IMG/VR virus record: IMGVR_UViG_3300025018_002258
Length of the DNA: 64,000 bases
DNA from: an uncultured virus (IMG/VR IMGVR_UViG_3300025018_002258)
Taxonomy: Duplodnaviria; Heunggongvirae; Uroviricota; Caudoviricetes
Reading direction: 5' to 3' (one strand)
A model generated the notes under the pieces. It had not been told where the DNA came from, ran no database searches, and was given only the letters and a program-made list of their open reading frames with translations. Shown piece after piece: positions 29,433-39,560 of this stretch (positions within the stretch are counted from its first letter, which is position 1; every line of letters begins with the position of its first letter). The translations under genes and the position numbers were made by a program.

Positions 29433-30910
29433 GCAAGGAAGCAAAGGCTATCATACCGGGGATTACTGATCACGAGCAGAAACCCCCGAATTTGATCGAT
29501 TATGTCGATCATCACTACTCCGATTATGCTTATAAGCGGAGTTACTACCTTGACTTGCTTTTTGAAATGGAGGAGAAGTACCCGCAGTTTACATACTTCA
29601 TCTTCAACACCAGTATGCCTATCTTCGTTGATGATCCGAGGTTTGTACAAACGGCGGCGGTTTCTTACAACTTGATCACGAAATGCATGAAGTATTTCTG
29701 GAACGCTTCGTTCTTCGATACTTTGACGCCTGAACAGATCAAGTTTGTGATGATCCATGAGACCCTACATTTGCAGTTGGCGCATCCGATGTGGGCGCGG
29801 CACATGCAGTTCAAGGAGATCTGGAACATTGCTTGCGATGTGGTTATCAACGACCTTATCTCTAGGGATTTCAAAGATGTTGATGTCCCGGATTGGGTTT
29901 GGTCTGGACAAAAGGCTGTGGGCTACGACTGTGCTGATGTTAGCGCAGAAAAGGTCTATGAGGAAATCCTGAAGCAAGCCAAGATCTTCGAAATCGTCTA
30001 CACCGGCCAGGATGGTAAGGGGGAGAAGAAGAAGGGCCAGGGTAAAGGCCAGGGTAAAGGCCAGGGCGATGATGGCGACGGTGAGGGCCAGGGTGTCAAC
30101 CCTGGAGACATCGGCAAAGATGACGTAGAAGGTGAAGGCTTCGAAATCATCGTCGGAGGCGGCTGTCAGTCAATCGACGATCATAGCGGGTGGATTGACA
30201 TCCCCGCTGAGCGTGTCGAGCAAGTTGCCAAGGAAATCAAAGAGATTTTCAGTAGCGACAATCAGGATAAAACAAGAGGGACAGAAAGCAGCGATGCTGG
30301 TCGTTTGGTATACAAGCGAAAAAATGAGTTCTCTCTTCGCCGGTATGTCCAAACGATTGTCACCAAACGATTCGATGAAGAGTTCACTGAAAACTGGAGG
30401 CGCTTCAATCCGAAGCTGGCAACCATCTATCCTGATGTCATTCTGCCGCATTCATTGTTGGCAGAGGCCAGGGCTTCCATCGAATTGCTTTTCATGATCG
30501 ATGTTTCGGGCAGTGTCCCGGACTTCATGGTCAGTGAATTCGTCGCTATCGCAAAGCATCACGCCAAAGACCATGGTGTCAAGACCTGCTCCTTTGACGC
30601 TGATGTTCGGGAGTTCGATCTGAGGACCATGAAAAAGGATGGCAAAGAGGTCATTCCCGGCGGCGGCGGCACCAGCTTTGAGGCCGTTGTCGAATGGGTC
30701 CTTCAGAACAACCCTGGATACGATGTCGTCTTCGTTTTGACGGATGGTTGGGGTGGCGACTTCAATCCCGCTAAAATCGATCCGAAGAAATGGTTCTGGA
30801 TCATCAGCCCGAACGGAGACAAGGTGGACCTCCGTTATGGCAAGTCCATTATGATTCCCGAAGAGTACATCGACAAGTCTGCTAAAAACAAGAAAGAGTG
30901 GTGGGAATGA
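29429..30910 (+). CDS. Metallopeptidase-like (HExxH) plus VWA domain protein (DUF2201-like)
   Basis: HETLH, NIACD..IN, MIDAS DVSGS, GGGGT, LTDG; usual partner of MoxR ATPases. Confidence 0.85.
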   Translation: MSKEAKAIIPGITDHEQKPPNLIDYVDHHYSDYAYKRSYYLDLLFEMEEKYPQFTYFIFNTSMPIFVDDPRFVQTAAVSYNLITKCMKYFWNASFFDTLTPEQIKFVMIHETLHLQLAHPMWARHMQFKEIWNIACDVVINDLISRDFKDVDVPDWVWSGQKAVGYDCADVSAEKVYEEILKQAKIFEIVYTGQDGKGEKKKGQGKGQGKGQGDDGDGEGQGVNPGDIGKDDVEGEGFEIIVGGGCQSIDDHSGWIDIPAERVEQVAKEIKEIFSSDNQDKTRGTESSDAGRLVYKRKNEFSLRRYVQTIVTKRFDEEFTENWRRFNPKLATIYPDVILPHSLLAEARASIELLFMIDVSGSVPDFMVSEFVAIAKHHAKDHGVKTCSFDADVREFDLRTMKKDGKEVIPGGGGTSFEAVVEWVLQNNPGYDVVFVLTDGWGGDFNPAKIDPKKWFWIISPNGDKVDLRYGKSIMIPEEYIDKSAKNKKEWWE

Positions 30911-31914
30911 TGAGCGTCCGACCATATAGAAAAGACAGACAATTAGTCACTGGAGAGTTCAGGCAGTGGGATGAAACGACCCACATGTCTGCGCTGAACC
31001 ATCTGACCACTATGGCCCTGAACGACCCCGACAACTTCATTGAACAAGTTGAATATGCGGTCGTGGCTGGTAGTTGGCTTTTCGGCCTTGCTCACGAAGA
31101 TTCCGACATGGATATCAAAGGCTTCCATGTGCTGCCCTTGAGTGAAATCTTAAGCGTCAAGGGCGACCGGGAAACCACCGGCCGTGCAGGGACTCGTGTT
31201 CATCTCGGCGGTGAACAAGTTGAATTCCAGGAAATCGAAAAGTTCATCAACGGTTGCATTGCCAACAACCCAACGATTCTTGAAGTGCTCTTCGCAGATG
31301 AGCAATTCGTTTTGGTGCTCGGAGACGCAGCCCGTGAACTGCGAGAACACTCCGACAGGTTCTTGGTGCCGGAACGAATCTTCCAGGCGTTTTCGAACTA
31401 CGCCATCAGTCAAGTCGATGACATGAAATCGAAGCTTTGGGCCGCTTTTGTGGAAGAAGAGGCGGTTAAAGCTGACAGCATCTTAACGACCTACGATTTC
31501 AACAAGCTAGACTTCAAGAAAATCGGCTTTGGCGTTCATCAACTGGACCAAGATAAACTGAAGCGTGACAAGGTGAAGCGCATAGCCAACTTTGAGGCGG
31601 CTTACGAAGTCCATCCAGAATACTTTGATGGAAGATATGACACAAAGCATGCGGCTCATTCTTTGCGTCTTCTTTTGTCGGGTTATCATTGCTTGTCCAC
31701 GGGTCAGTTCGTAACAATGCCACCCAACGACGGTGTTGATTTTCTGCGCAAAATCCGCAAAGATGAGGTCTCTCTGGCGGGTTTCTTCGAATACATCTAC
31801 CAGATGTTCGAGAAAGTCATCGAGGCTAGGGAAAATCCAGCGTGGGAACGAGACGAACCCGACTACGAGTTTATCAACGATCTGCTTTACACTGTTCGAA
31901 TGAGAAGCAGATGA
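30907..31914 (+). CDS. Pol-beta-superfamily nucleotidyltransferase (RNA-repair associated)
   Basis: GS.LFGL...SD.D.KG, NP.ILE.LF, K..AH..RLL. Confidence 0.8.
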   Translation: MMSVRPYRKDRQLVTGEFRQWDETTHMSALNHLTTMALNDPDNFIEQVEYAVVAGSWLFGLAHEDSDMDIKGFHVLPLSEILSVKGDRETTGRAGTRVHLGGEQVEFQEIEKFINGCIANNPTILEVLFADEQFVLVLGDAARELREHSDRFLVPERIFQAFSNYAISQVDDMKSKLWAAFVEEEAVKADSILTTYDFNKLDFKKIGFGVHQLDQDKLKRDKVKRIANFEAAYEVHPEYFDGRYDTKHAAHSLRLLLSGYHCLSTGQFVTMPPNDGVDFLRKIRKDEVSLAGFFEYIYQMFEKVIEARENPAWERDEPDYEFINDLLYTVRMRSR

Positions 31915-32510
31915 AAACAGGAGAAGAAGTAATGGCTGATCGTTTGTTCTTGGTTTTTGGGCCTTCTGGTTCTGGGAAGACTTCAATCGTCTCAGGGGCT
32001 TTGGCGAGAGATGATCGGCTCGTGAAACCGACAACCTATACAACCCGACCTATGCGAGATGGTGAAAAGCATGGGCGGGATTACTATTTCTTGTCGGAGG
32101 ACGAGTTTGAAGATATGAGGGGTAAATTCACTGAGACCAGCCGATATCACAACCATTGGTACGGTTCTGTGGCGAATGATGCTTGGGATCATTTCTATGT
32201 TGGCAAGGATGTCATCATGATTCTGGATTTCAACGGCATCAAGGCGTACTACGACTGGAGTATCGACACCGGAATCATCCGTCCGGTCGTCATCGCCATT
32301 ATTGCACAGGATCCCGTTGGTCAGATCATGGAGCGAGCTAAGAAAACGGGAGAGACCGCCCGGCAGGTCAGCGACCGCATCGCCTTGATGGAAGACGAGG
32401 CCGCTCTGGCTGCCGATCCCCTGGTGGACCACATCATTGAGAACAGGGCGGGAGACCTTGACGGCTCGGTCGAAACTCTATTAGAGTTTATCGACTTGCA
32501 GAGACAGTGA
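31911..32510 (+). CDS. gmk: Guanylate kinase-like protein
   Basis: GPSGSGKT, TTRPMR.GE..G.DY.F, YG. Confidence 0.85.
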   Translation: MKTGEEVMADRLFLVFGPSGSGKTSIVSGALARDDRLVKPTTYTTRPMRDGEKHGRDYYFLSEDEFEDMRGKFTETSRYHNHWYGSVANDAWDHFYVGKDVIMILDFNGIKAYYDWSIDTGIIRPVVIAIIAQDPVGQIMERAKKTGETARQVSDRIALMEDEAALAADPLVDHIIENRAGDLDGSVETLLEFIDLQRQ

Positions 32511-32571
32511 CCTGTTCGTTATAATGAAGTTGTCCGAGGAGCCCTGGCCTCTGGCCGGGGCTTTTTGGTGT

Positions 32572-33228
32572 ATGGAGAAAGAGTTGGCAAGAACTGAAGG
32601 ACAATACGACTTTGGATTTGATCTGGATGATGTTCTTTTCCCTTGTGCAGAGCCGTTGATCGAGGCTTGTAAAAAAGCAGGATGGATACCCGAAGATTTT
32701 ACGCTTGAAGATCTGGAAAGATCTAGACTTCATGAACAGTTTGGATGGGAAGAATATCGCGAAGGCGAATTCTTGACTCCTGATTTCTTCAGAGATCAGG
32801 AGCCCTTTCCAGAGGTCCTTAATGCAATCCTTTCTTGGAAAAGAATGGACGCAAGGACCTGCTTTATCACAGCCCGGCGAGAGCCAGCCGAACAGGCAAC
32901 GAAGGAGGTGATGCAATCACTTGGCTTCTCGCCGGGCTGTGTTTTCTTTAGCCCTACCGAAAAGAAGCATTTGATAGCTCAGGAGTTGGGGCTGCTCCTT
33001 TTTGTAGATGATAGACCTGATTCCTCATTGAATATGGCTGGAGTTATTCCTTACAGCTTCAATATGCCATATAGATTCAATGAGTACATCGACCGCGAAA
33101 TCAAAGCCAAGAAGATTTCCAATCTATATAGAGAAGATTGGCAGACGACCGAGGATTTGATAACAGGTAAGGGAATTCATCATTCTGTATTCAACACGTT
33201 GGAGAAATACGTTGAACAAGAAGCATAA
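32572..33228 (+). CDS. HAD-family 5'-nucleotidase-like protein
   Basis: DLDDVL motif I, ITAR, FVDD. Confidence 0.75.
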   Translation: MEKELARTEGQYDFGFDLDDVLFPCAEPLIEACKKAGWIPEDFTLEDLERSRLHEQFGWEEYREGEFLTPDFFRDQEPFPEVLNAILSWKRMDARTCFITARREPAEQATKEVMQSLGFSPGCVFFSPTEKKHLIAQELGLLLFVDDRPDSSLNMAGVIPYSFNMPYRFNEYIDREIKAKKISNLYREDWQTTEDLITGKGIHHSVFNTLEKYVEQEA

Positions 33229-33601
33229 TAAAGCCAATGTAGCTAGGAAGAGAAAGCCTAGAATTCAATTGACTGCGACTAGCACTTTTGATGACTACTG
33301 CAAGGCAATATATGACCCGGACAGAGGAATGTTCGGGGACACTTCCGGCTGGTCAGTCGAGCGACAGATGAAAGCGGCCGTTAAGGCTGGCAACGACAAA
33401 TGGAAAGAGTGGGATCACCACTTCGTCCCTGAAAGCGAAAAGCGTCGCCGTGGCCGAAAGGGCTGGTCAAAAGCTAAGAAGAAGCAGAAAGCCAGAGAAG
33501 AACGGCTACACGGATCAGATCGTGAAAACGATAGGGAGCTGGATTCTAAAGAATCCAATGTGGCAGCTAATGTTGCCCCTGGCGATTTTACGAAGAACTG
33601 A
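33212..33601 (+). CDS. Basic hypothetical protein
   Basis: ORF in operon context. Confidence 0.5.
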   Translation: MNKKHNKANVARKRKPRIQLTATSTFDDYCKAIYDPDRGMFGDTSGWSVERQMKAAVKAGNDKWKEWDHHFVPESEKRRRGRKGWSKAKKKQKAREERLHGSDRENDRELDSKESNVAANVAPGDFTKN

Positions 33602-33700
33602 CCGGTATGAAAAAGGAAAAGGACCCGGAAACACTATTAACCTTTTGAAAAAGGTTTCCGGGTCCTTTTCCATGAAATCGTATTCATAACGGAGGAATAT

Positions 33701-34912
33701 ATGAATAGCAAATGGCCCTTTCATCTTTCGCCAATAAAAATCAATGAAGTCCTCAACTATGTTGAGGAAGGATACGGCGAGAGAACAATAGCAAGAGAAC
33801 TTGGTTTAAGAACAACCCAAGTAGACAAGGCAATCAGAGCATTCAAGGCTGGCACCCTGAGCCGAGAAAACGGCAAGATCGTTTACAATAACGAAGCATT
33901 TGAAATCAGTAATTCGATTCAGATTTCGAAGCGAGATATCTCTCTTCTGGAGAAACTCACGAAACAGGTCGAGGCTCAAGTTGACCCCAAGCTTTTTGAA
34001 TCTGTACTCGTTCCGGTTGATGAGCAAAGCAGAGGCAAGGTCCAGACTGTTCACTGGGCATCTAGTCAAGAAGACATAGCTTCACTTTGGGAAGCTGCAA
34101 GCAAAGTCAACGAGAAGATCATTGAAAGGCATTTGAGTATGCCCTTCTTTGATACCATCATTGATGATCCTGGCCCAATCGCTATCTCTTTCATTTCAGA
34201 CCATCACATCGCGCCATATGCACCGTGCGATCTGAAGAAAATGGCAGAAGATGCGGCATTGATCGCTGCCACTCCGGGCGCATATGCTATTCTGGGAGGA
34301 GATGGAGTTGATAACCATATCAAGCATCAAACAGCCGTCATACTTCAAGAATCAACCCCTGACATTCAGTGGCAACTCTATGACCATTATTTGAATCTAT
34401 TGAATGTTGATGATAGTATTTTGGTCATGATTTCTGGAAACCATGATGACTGGACGATAGATTTTGCTGGTATAGACATGGTGTCTGTTTTATCTAGAAA
34501 GCATAAACTGCATTATGCACCAGATGAGGCATATATCAACCTGAAGCTTGGGAATCAGAAATATGTCATCGGCATGAGACATAAATATCGCTTCAACTCT
34601 TCCTCCAACCTCGGGTATACTGTGAAGAAGTGGTATGATGAGGGTAAAATCCCGTTCGATATCGGTTGCATCGGACACCATCATGACGCTCATTACGAAA
34701 TCTTCTATAAGCATAGCCAGGAGAGAATTGCTTTCAGGCCGGGATCGTACCAGATTTCCAGCACTTTCGCAAGGCGAAATGGTTTCAACCCATCGCGACC
34801 TGTTGCCCCGACTGTTGTTCTTTGGGGAGATCGTCGCGAGATGATGGCTTTCAAGGATGTCAAACAAGGTGTCGAATACCTCACTTATCTCCGACAAAAG
34901 GCCGGACTCTAA
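33701..34912 (+). CDS. HTH plus calcineurin-like metallophosphoesterase
   Basis: N-terminal IARELGL HTH; SDHH, GD.VD, GNHD, GHHH. Confidence 0.8.
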   Translation: MNSKWPFHLSPIKINEVLNYVEEGYGERTIARELGLRTTQVDKAIRAFKAGTLSRENGKIVYNNEAFEISNSIQISKRDISLLEKLTKQVEAQVDPKLFESVLVPVDEQSRGKVQTVHWASSQEDIASLWEAASKVNEKIIERHLSMPFFDTIIDDPGPIAISFISDHHIAPYAPCDLKKMAEDAALIAATPGAYAILGGDGVDNHIKHQTAVILQESTPDIQWQLYDHYLNLLNVDDSILVMISGNHDDWTIDFAGIDMVSVLSRKHKLHYAPDEAYINLKLGNQKYVIGMRHKYRFNSSSNLGYTVKKWYDEGKIPFDIGCIGHHHDAHYEIFYKHSQERIAFRPGSYQISSTFARRNGFNPSRPVAPTVVLWGDRREMMAFKDVKQGVEYLTYLRQKAGL

Positions 34913-35153
34913 GCCCTTGGTTATTGTGTTTCCCGGTGTGTCTGTGCCACCGGGTAGTACAGCTTATTTCCTGTCCAAACATGTCCTGAAAAGCATTGAG
35001 GCACTGGATGAGACCTTCGAGCAGATGGCTGAGTTCGTGAAACAGTCAGAACCATCAATAGTCATTGCTATCGTCCCGAAGCGTTTTCGACTGGACATCT
35101 TAGCATACCTCAATGGAATCGTTGACAAAATAGAATTCTTGGATGAGCCATGA
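34857..35153 (+). CDS. Hypothetical protein
   Basis: Overlaps both neighbours. Confidence 0.45.
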   Translation: MSNKVSNTSLISDKRPDSKPLVIVFPGVSVPPGSTAYFLSKHVLKSIEALDETFEQMAEFVKQSEPSIVIAIVPKRFRLDILAYLNGIVDKIEFLDEP

Positions 35154-35755
35154 TTTACAATGAATATACGCTGAAAAATGGGAAAGACAACATACTGATA
35201 GGATTTGCAGGCGCTCCAAGTTCAGGTAAAGATTCCATAGCTGAATCGGTGAATAGAGCCATAACGAATAAGAGTAGCGTTGTTGATGAAATGGCCAGAA
35301 AGTATATCGAGAAATATGGCAATACTTTCAGTGTCTTTCAACAAATCTTGATATACCAAAAACAACTAGACAGAGAAAATGAAGTCCTTTCCACTTACAA
35401 AGTCGGCCTTTCTGCTAGTCCTCGGTTCTTGGCTTACATTTATGCTGGTATACTCCTGTCAAGTCTTGAACGAGAACCGGAAGAGGCCGAATACGGAGCA
35501 GTAACAGATCTTTACGGAGAGGCTATTAAATCGCTGAGGGACTATAAATTCGTGTTCCTATGCGAGCCACTTGATATCTACGACGAGGATGGGTTAAGAT
35601 GGAACGACCGGGAGCAGGCAGAGATGATCCACCGCTGCGTTCGCTCTTTTTTGGAATTACATGGTAAGTCGTACATTCTTCTGCCGAGAGGCACAGCAGA
35701 AGAGAGACTGAAAATTGTAATGGAGGTCATGGGAGCCAAAAGAGCGAATGAATAG
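35150..35755 (+). CDS. NadR/AAA_28-like P-loop kinase
   Basis: GAPSSGK, E.AR.Y, EDG.R, G..EERL. Confidence 0.7.
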   Translation: MIYNEYTLKNGKDNILIGFAGAPSSGKDSIAESVNRAITNKSSVVDEMARKYIEKYGNTFSVFQQILIYQKQLDRENEVLSTYKVGLSASPRFLAYIYAGILLSSLEREPEEAEYGAVTDLYGEAIKSLRDYKFVFLCEPLDIYDEDGLRWNDREQAEMIHRCVRSFLELHGKSYILLPRGTAEERLKIVMEVMGAKRANE

Positions 35756-35768
35756 TTGGGTGATAGCT

Positions 35769-36050
35769 ATGCCTAATAAACCATACGTTAGTCTTCAAGA
35801 CAGATTTAGTAAAGAAGAGGAATACACCAGATGGGGTGTTCCAATGAAGAAGAAATCTCCAGGTACGACGGACAAAATCCAGGAGGCTCTTCAAGAAGGC
35901 TGGATTCAACCAGAAGATGCTGACCTACCAGGACAACAGCCACAACAGCCACAACAGCCACAACAGCAGCCGATGCTTCAGGGTGTTGCTGCGGTCAAAG
36001 CGAAAGCACAAAGGAAGTTGAGGAAGTTCTTCCATGAAAAAAGCGAATAG
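35769..36050 (+). CDS. Hypothetical protein with QQP repeats
   Basis: GAGG-N19-GAAT at 35723-35749; 9-bp CAACAGCCA tandem repeat. Confidence 0.6.
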   Translation: MPNKPYVSLQDRFSKEEEYTRWGVPMKKKSPGTTDKIQEALQEGWIQPEDADLPGQQPQQPQQPQQQPMLQGVAAVKAKAQRKLRKFFHEKSE

Positions 36051-36459
36051 CTATTCTTCTCAGTCCATCTCAAGCCCGGTGAGGGTTTTGGCTGGCGTTG
36101 TCTTGGTAGTTGTGTGTTTAACTTTTGGAGTCATCACTCTTCGGAATCTCAAATATATCCTCCCCATCAATGTTGAGACTGCGGCTGTCGTCTCGACGGA
36201 AAATGTTCCAGCGAAGATTGTTGAACATAATGGCCGACGATATATGATCGTTGAACTTGGAGACTTTGGCAAAGAACCGGAGCCAGTCGTAGAACCGGAA
36301 AAGCCAGTCGAACCTGAAACACCTAAGAATGAAATACTAGAGCAGCCTCAGGTCGAGGCCGCTCCAGAAATGAGTCAAAATAATGGAGGACATGAACATG
36401 ACGCCGGAACAGATGAAGGGGCTCTTGGAACAGATGGGGATAGTTATGGGGGACAGTGA
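36034..36459 (+). CDS. Membrane-anchored hypothetical protein
   Basis: N-terminal TM helix, acidic Pro-rich tail. Confidence 0.6.
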   Translation: MKKANSYSSQSISSPVRVLAGVVLVVVCLTFGVITLRNLKYILPINVETAAVVSTENVPAKIVEHNGRRYMIVELGDFGKEPEPVVEPEKPVEPETPKNEILEQPQVEAAPEMSQNNGGHEHDAGTDEGALGTDGDSYGGQ

Positions 36460-36859
36460 AGACAGCACTGAAGATTATGCTAGAATGGCAGCCGAGAATA
36501 TCAAGTTCATCCTGCAAAAAGACCAAAGAGAGATTCTTGAGGGGGCCACTCACAAGGTCAATAACTATCGGGCTTTGATCGGTTCTCTTGTAACAGAAGA
36601 AATGTCTCTCACCAGCCATCCCTCTCTGTCTACAGGAGAATCCCTCCTGATGCACCTTTGCTACTCCGTTATGAGAGAATTGAAAGATGTCATCGTATGG
36701 GCAGCATTTCACCAGGAAGACAAGGACTTCAGAGATTGGATTTTAAGAGAGGTTTTTGATGTAGACATTAGAGTCCAAGAGGAAGTCTTGGATAACTCTA
36801 TGGAGTTTTCAGAAGATGATGATTCAGAGGAATCAAACAACGACAACGAAGAGCTTTAA
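36383..36859 (+). CDS. Acidic hypothetical protein
   Basis: ORF with GGAGGA RBS near its start. Confidence 0.6.
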   Translation: MEDMNMTPEQMKGLLEQMGIVMGDSEDSTEDYARMAAENIKFILQKDQREILEGATHKVNNYRALIGSLVTEEMSLTSHPSLSTGESLLMHLCYSVMRELKDVIVWAAFHQEDKDFRDWILREVFDVDIRVQEEVLDNSMEFSEDDDSEESNNDNEEL

Positions 36860-37265
36860 TCTGTCGAAAAGCCGTAATGAATGGCTGAAGCATCTTTCAG
36901 GGAAGGACCCAAGCCCTTTTCTGAAAGATGCTTCGCCTTCTTTCAGAGGACCACTTTTAGCTCATCTGGCATCTTTTGAGCCAGACTGGATCGTCTTCAG
37001 CGAACTGAAAAGCGACATGGGGGCTTCTCCTCTGGTTTATATTGCTGGAAATGGGGTTATTGTCCCGCTTGGTTGTAAACATTGTCTCATAGGCTCCAGG
37101 AGCTATGACGGGCAAAGATTAACCATAGCAGCGAAGCAGGCGGTCCCATTCTCCCAGCGATCAACGGCTTTGGACGATTTTTCGTTCCTCTTCGACAGAA
37201 TTCTATTCTTTTGTCCATATTGCAATCGTCTGATTAAAGATTATGCTGGAGATTTCATAGCATGA
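36816..37265 (+). CDS. Hypothetical protein with two CxxC
   Basis: CKHC and CPYC. Confidence 0.55.
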   Translation: MMIQRNQTTTTKSFNLSKSRNEWLKHLSGKDPSPFLKDASPSFRGPLLAHLASFEPDWIVFSELKSDMGASPLVYIAGNGVIVPLGCKHCLIGSRSYDGQRLTIAAKQAVPFSQRSTALDDFSFLFDRILFFCPYCNRLIKDYAGDFIA

Positions 37266-37579
37266 GATGGGGACAGGTAAGAAAGAACGCAGATATAGGA
37301 ATCCAATCCTTTGTCGATTCTCATTTGAAGCGAAGGATTGGGGCTGTTGCCGATTACCTAGATAAAGACGACCCTCGTAGGCCCTTCATTCTTAGTGTTC
37401 TCTCTCGGGCATTAAAGGGTCAAGACTTGACACAGAGGCAAATGTCATACTTCGAAAGTATTGAGGAAGTCTATCTTGCGAGAGAGAAAGCCCAGAGAGA
37501 GCCGCCTGATTTTGACCGAGACTTATGGCGAGACAGAATCATCGTCGATAAGTCTACGGTCCATATGGGTTGCTGGTAA
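37262..37579 (+). CDS. Hypothetical protein
   Basis: ATGA overlap. Confidence 0.55.
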   Translation: MRWGQVRKNADIGIQSFVDSHLKRRIGAVADYLDKDDPRRPFILSVLSRALKGQDLTQRQMSYFESIEEVYLAREKAQREPPDFDRDLWRDRIIVDKSTVHMGCW

Positions 37580-38789
37580 TTCCAGGAGCCACACCCGAAA
37601 GTGGCGGGCCACTGCGCCTCAATGCTCCACCGGCCAAATTCCCAACGATACCAGCGCCTTGACCAGCAACGTTACCCGCAGCTTCAGCGGCGGTCATTTG
37701 CGGTCTGAAGAGTGCGTTGGTGATTAACTGAAGACCTCTTTTGGCGATTTCGTTTAGGGTAATGCCGCTTCTCTTTTGAGCACCAATCAAGAATACGTCA
37801 TTGAGCGTCTTATCGTCTTTTGGAAGAGTTCCCCCATGGGCCTGAAAGAGTTCCTTAAACCTATTGAACAAAGGGATCATCAGGGTTGGACCGACTTTTG
37901 ATTGGACGATATTTTCAGGGTTGAAAGAAGTGGCTGCGGCAACAGCTTCAGGGGCCAACTTGGAATATCCTCCAAGGTCTCCGTAAACTTGATATTCAGG
38001 ATCGAGGACTCTTTCTCCTGGCATCATACCGTGAGCAACACCGCCCGAAAACAATGGATCTCTTCCTCTTCCCATTGGCCGAGTCTCTGGAAGATAGGCC
38101 CCCTGCGCGATAGTCCCAGGATCACCGATATATGTTTGTTGACCGGGCTGCATTTGACCAGGATTCAACATGTTCTTTCCAGTTTGCCAAGTTTGCTGGG
38201 TGCCCCTTGAAATATCGGAGAACGTCTGAGGGATATAGGTTTGCTTAGATGAGGCTTGTTGAGCTTCCTTTGTAAACTTTGGGCGGCTATGGGCCATCAA
38301 TGCTGCCCCCGCTCGCGCCCCGACGTTGGTTGAAGAGCTAAAACCTGGAGTATGAGGATAACCCTGTCGATATACAGGAGTGTTGTAAATATCGGCTCCG
38401 GTTTGATAATCCCAGGTCAACTTTTCTAGACTCTTTCTGTCTTTTAATAGAGTTTGGTACGAATCAATGAGGGGTTTAACGAGTGGCCCTTGACCACCTA
38501 TGGCTTGTTCAGAAACTTCTTGATGCAATTCGACCAAAGCTTTAATGGCTGCAACAAAATTATTGAGCTTACCTTTAATACCAGGAGCATACCCAGGGCG
38601 ATTTCCAGCAGGGGCTTGAGTCACAGGACGAAAATCTCTAGCTAACTTGGTGAGAACATCTATTTCAATCTCTGCGGTTTTTATATGTCTGTCCAAATCC
38701 ATAGCAGATCTCAACATGAAATCTGCTGACCTGGAATCTTGTTCCATTTCTAGTTGTTGTGCTAGTTTTGTTAGTTTGTAGACAGACAT
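37554..38789 (-). CDS. Low-complexity putative virion protein
   Basis: AAGG-N19-GAAT at 38835-38809; N-terminal L.KLA..LE......AD motif; KEAQ. Confidence 0.6.
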   Translation of the reverse strand: MSVYKLTKLAQQLEMEQDSRSADFMLRSAMDLDRHIKTAEIEIDVLTKLARDFRPVTQAPAGNRPGYAPGIKGKLNNFVAAIKALVELHQEVSEQAIGGQGPLVKPLIDSYQTLLKDRKSLEKLTWDYQTGADIYNTPVYRQGYPHTPGFSSSTNVGARAGAALMAHSRPKFTKEAQQASSKQTYIPQTFSDISRGTQQTWQTGKNMLNPGQMQPGQQTYIGDPGTIAQGAYLPETRPMGRGRDPLFSGGVAHGMMPGERVLDPEYQVYGDLGGYSKLAPEAVAAATSFNPENIVQSKVGPTLMIPLFNRFKELFQAHGGTLPKDDKTLNDVFLIGAQKRSGITLNEIAKRGLQLITNALFRPQMTAAEAAGNVAGQGAGIVGNLAGGALRRSGPPLSGVAPGITSNPYGP

Positions 38790-38859
38790 AGCTTCGCTCA
38801 ATAGTAGTATTCCTCATCCCACCGGCCCTTCCCTTCGACGAATTGGAATTTATGTTGGC

Positions 38860-38888
38860 TTGACACGTAGGTTCGACCGTGCTATAAT
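38860..38888 (+). promoter_or_regulatory. sigma70 promoter
   Basis: TTGACA-N17-TATAAT with extended TG. Confidence 0.85.
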
Positions 38889-38908
38889 CTTGGAGGGAGA
38901 ATAGTACG

Positions 38909-39481
38909 ATGCTACCTCAGATAATGGTCCTTCTAGGATTCATCCTGGCTTTGTTATGGAGCGTCAGCCCCCTGCTTCCCATATTGGGAGGAACCCTGCT
39001 ACTGGCAGGTGGTTCCCTTTGGAGGCAGATCTACGACCGGGGCAATGTGTTCTACAACGATTGGCGGTTCTATGACGAGCGTTGGAAAATCGCCACCGAA
39101 AAGCGCAAAACCATCCTGGATCGAATGGCCAACGCGATTGATCAGTTCTCTGGGTTTGAAGGAGCAATACTGAGAGATATGAGCGCCGACCGCAGCGCTG
39201 CTGGATTTCTCATGCAAAGTTTCCCGACGATTGAAACGATGACAGCAACAAGGGATCTCTATCAACAGATCGTTGCTGTTGAGACTGAAATCAATCAGTT
39301 ACGCCAGGAAACTGCTAAGTGGAACAAGGAAGTCCAGCAACTCGTCATGGACGGCTGGTTCAACCTGTGCCTTCCAAGCGGAATTCGACAGGTCGTCAAT
39401 CCAACTCTGACCACTCCTTCGGGTGATCTATCTCCCGACCCTGATGCAGGGCTGTCTAGCGTCAATACTCGTCAATGGTGA
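38909..39481 (+). CDS. LemA-like membrane protein
   Basis: N-terminal TM; KR..IL, FE..IL, FP.I, L..QI...E.EI...R...N pattern. Confidence 0.6.
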   Translation: MLPQIMVLLGFILALLWSVSPLLPILGGTLLLAGGSLWRQIYDRGNVFYNDWRFYDERWKIATEKRKTILDRMANAIDQFSGFEGAILRDMSADRSAAGFLMQSFPTIETMTATRDLYQQIVAVETEINQLRQETAKWNKEVQQLVMDGWFNLCLPSGIRQVVNPTLTTPSGDLSPDPDAGLSSVNTRQW

Positions 39482-39496
39482 AAACGCGGAGACTCC

Positions 39497-39525
39497 TTGA
39501 AAGCTGGGCGCGGATGAGTTATAAT
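39497..39525 (+). promoter_or_regulatory. sigma70 promoter
   Basis: TTGAAA-N17-TATAAT. Confidence 0.7.
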
Positions 39526-39560
39526 TAGGGCAGGCCGCCCGGCCTTCAAGGAGTCAAGGA

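Noticed and set aside
30030..30095. 12-bp GQGK repeats, and 9-bp QQP repeats near 35934-35965, as CRISPR or regulatory arrays
   Set aside because: In-frame low-complexity linkers with no spacers; no CRISPR array seen in the window
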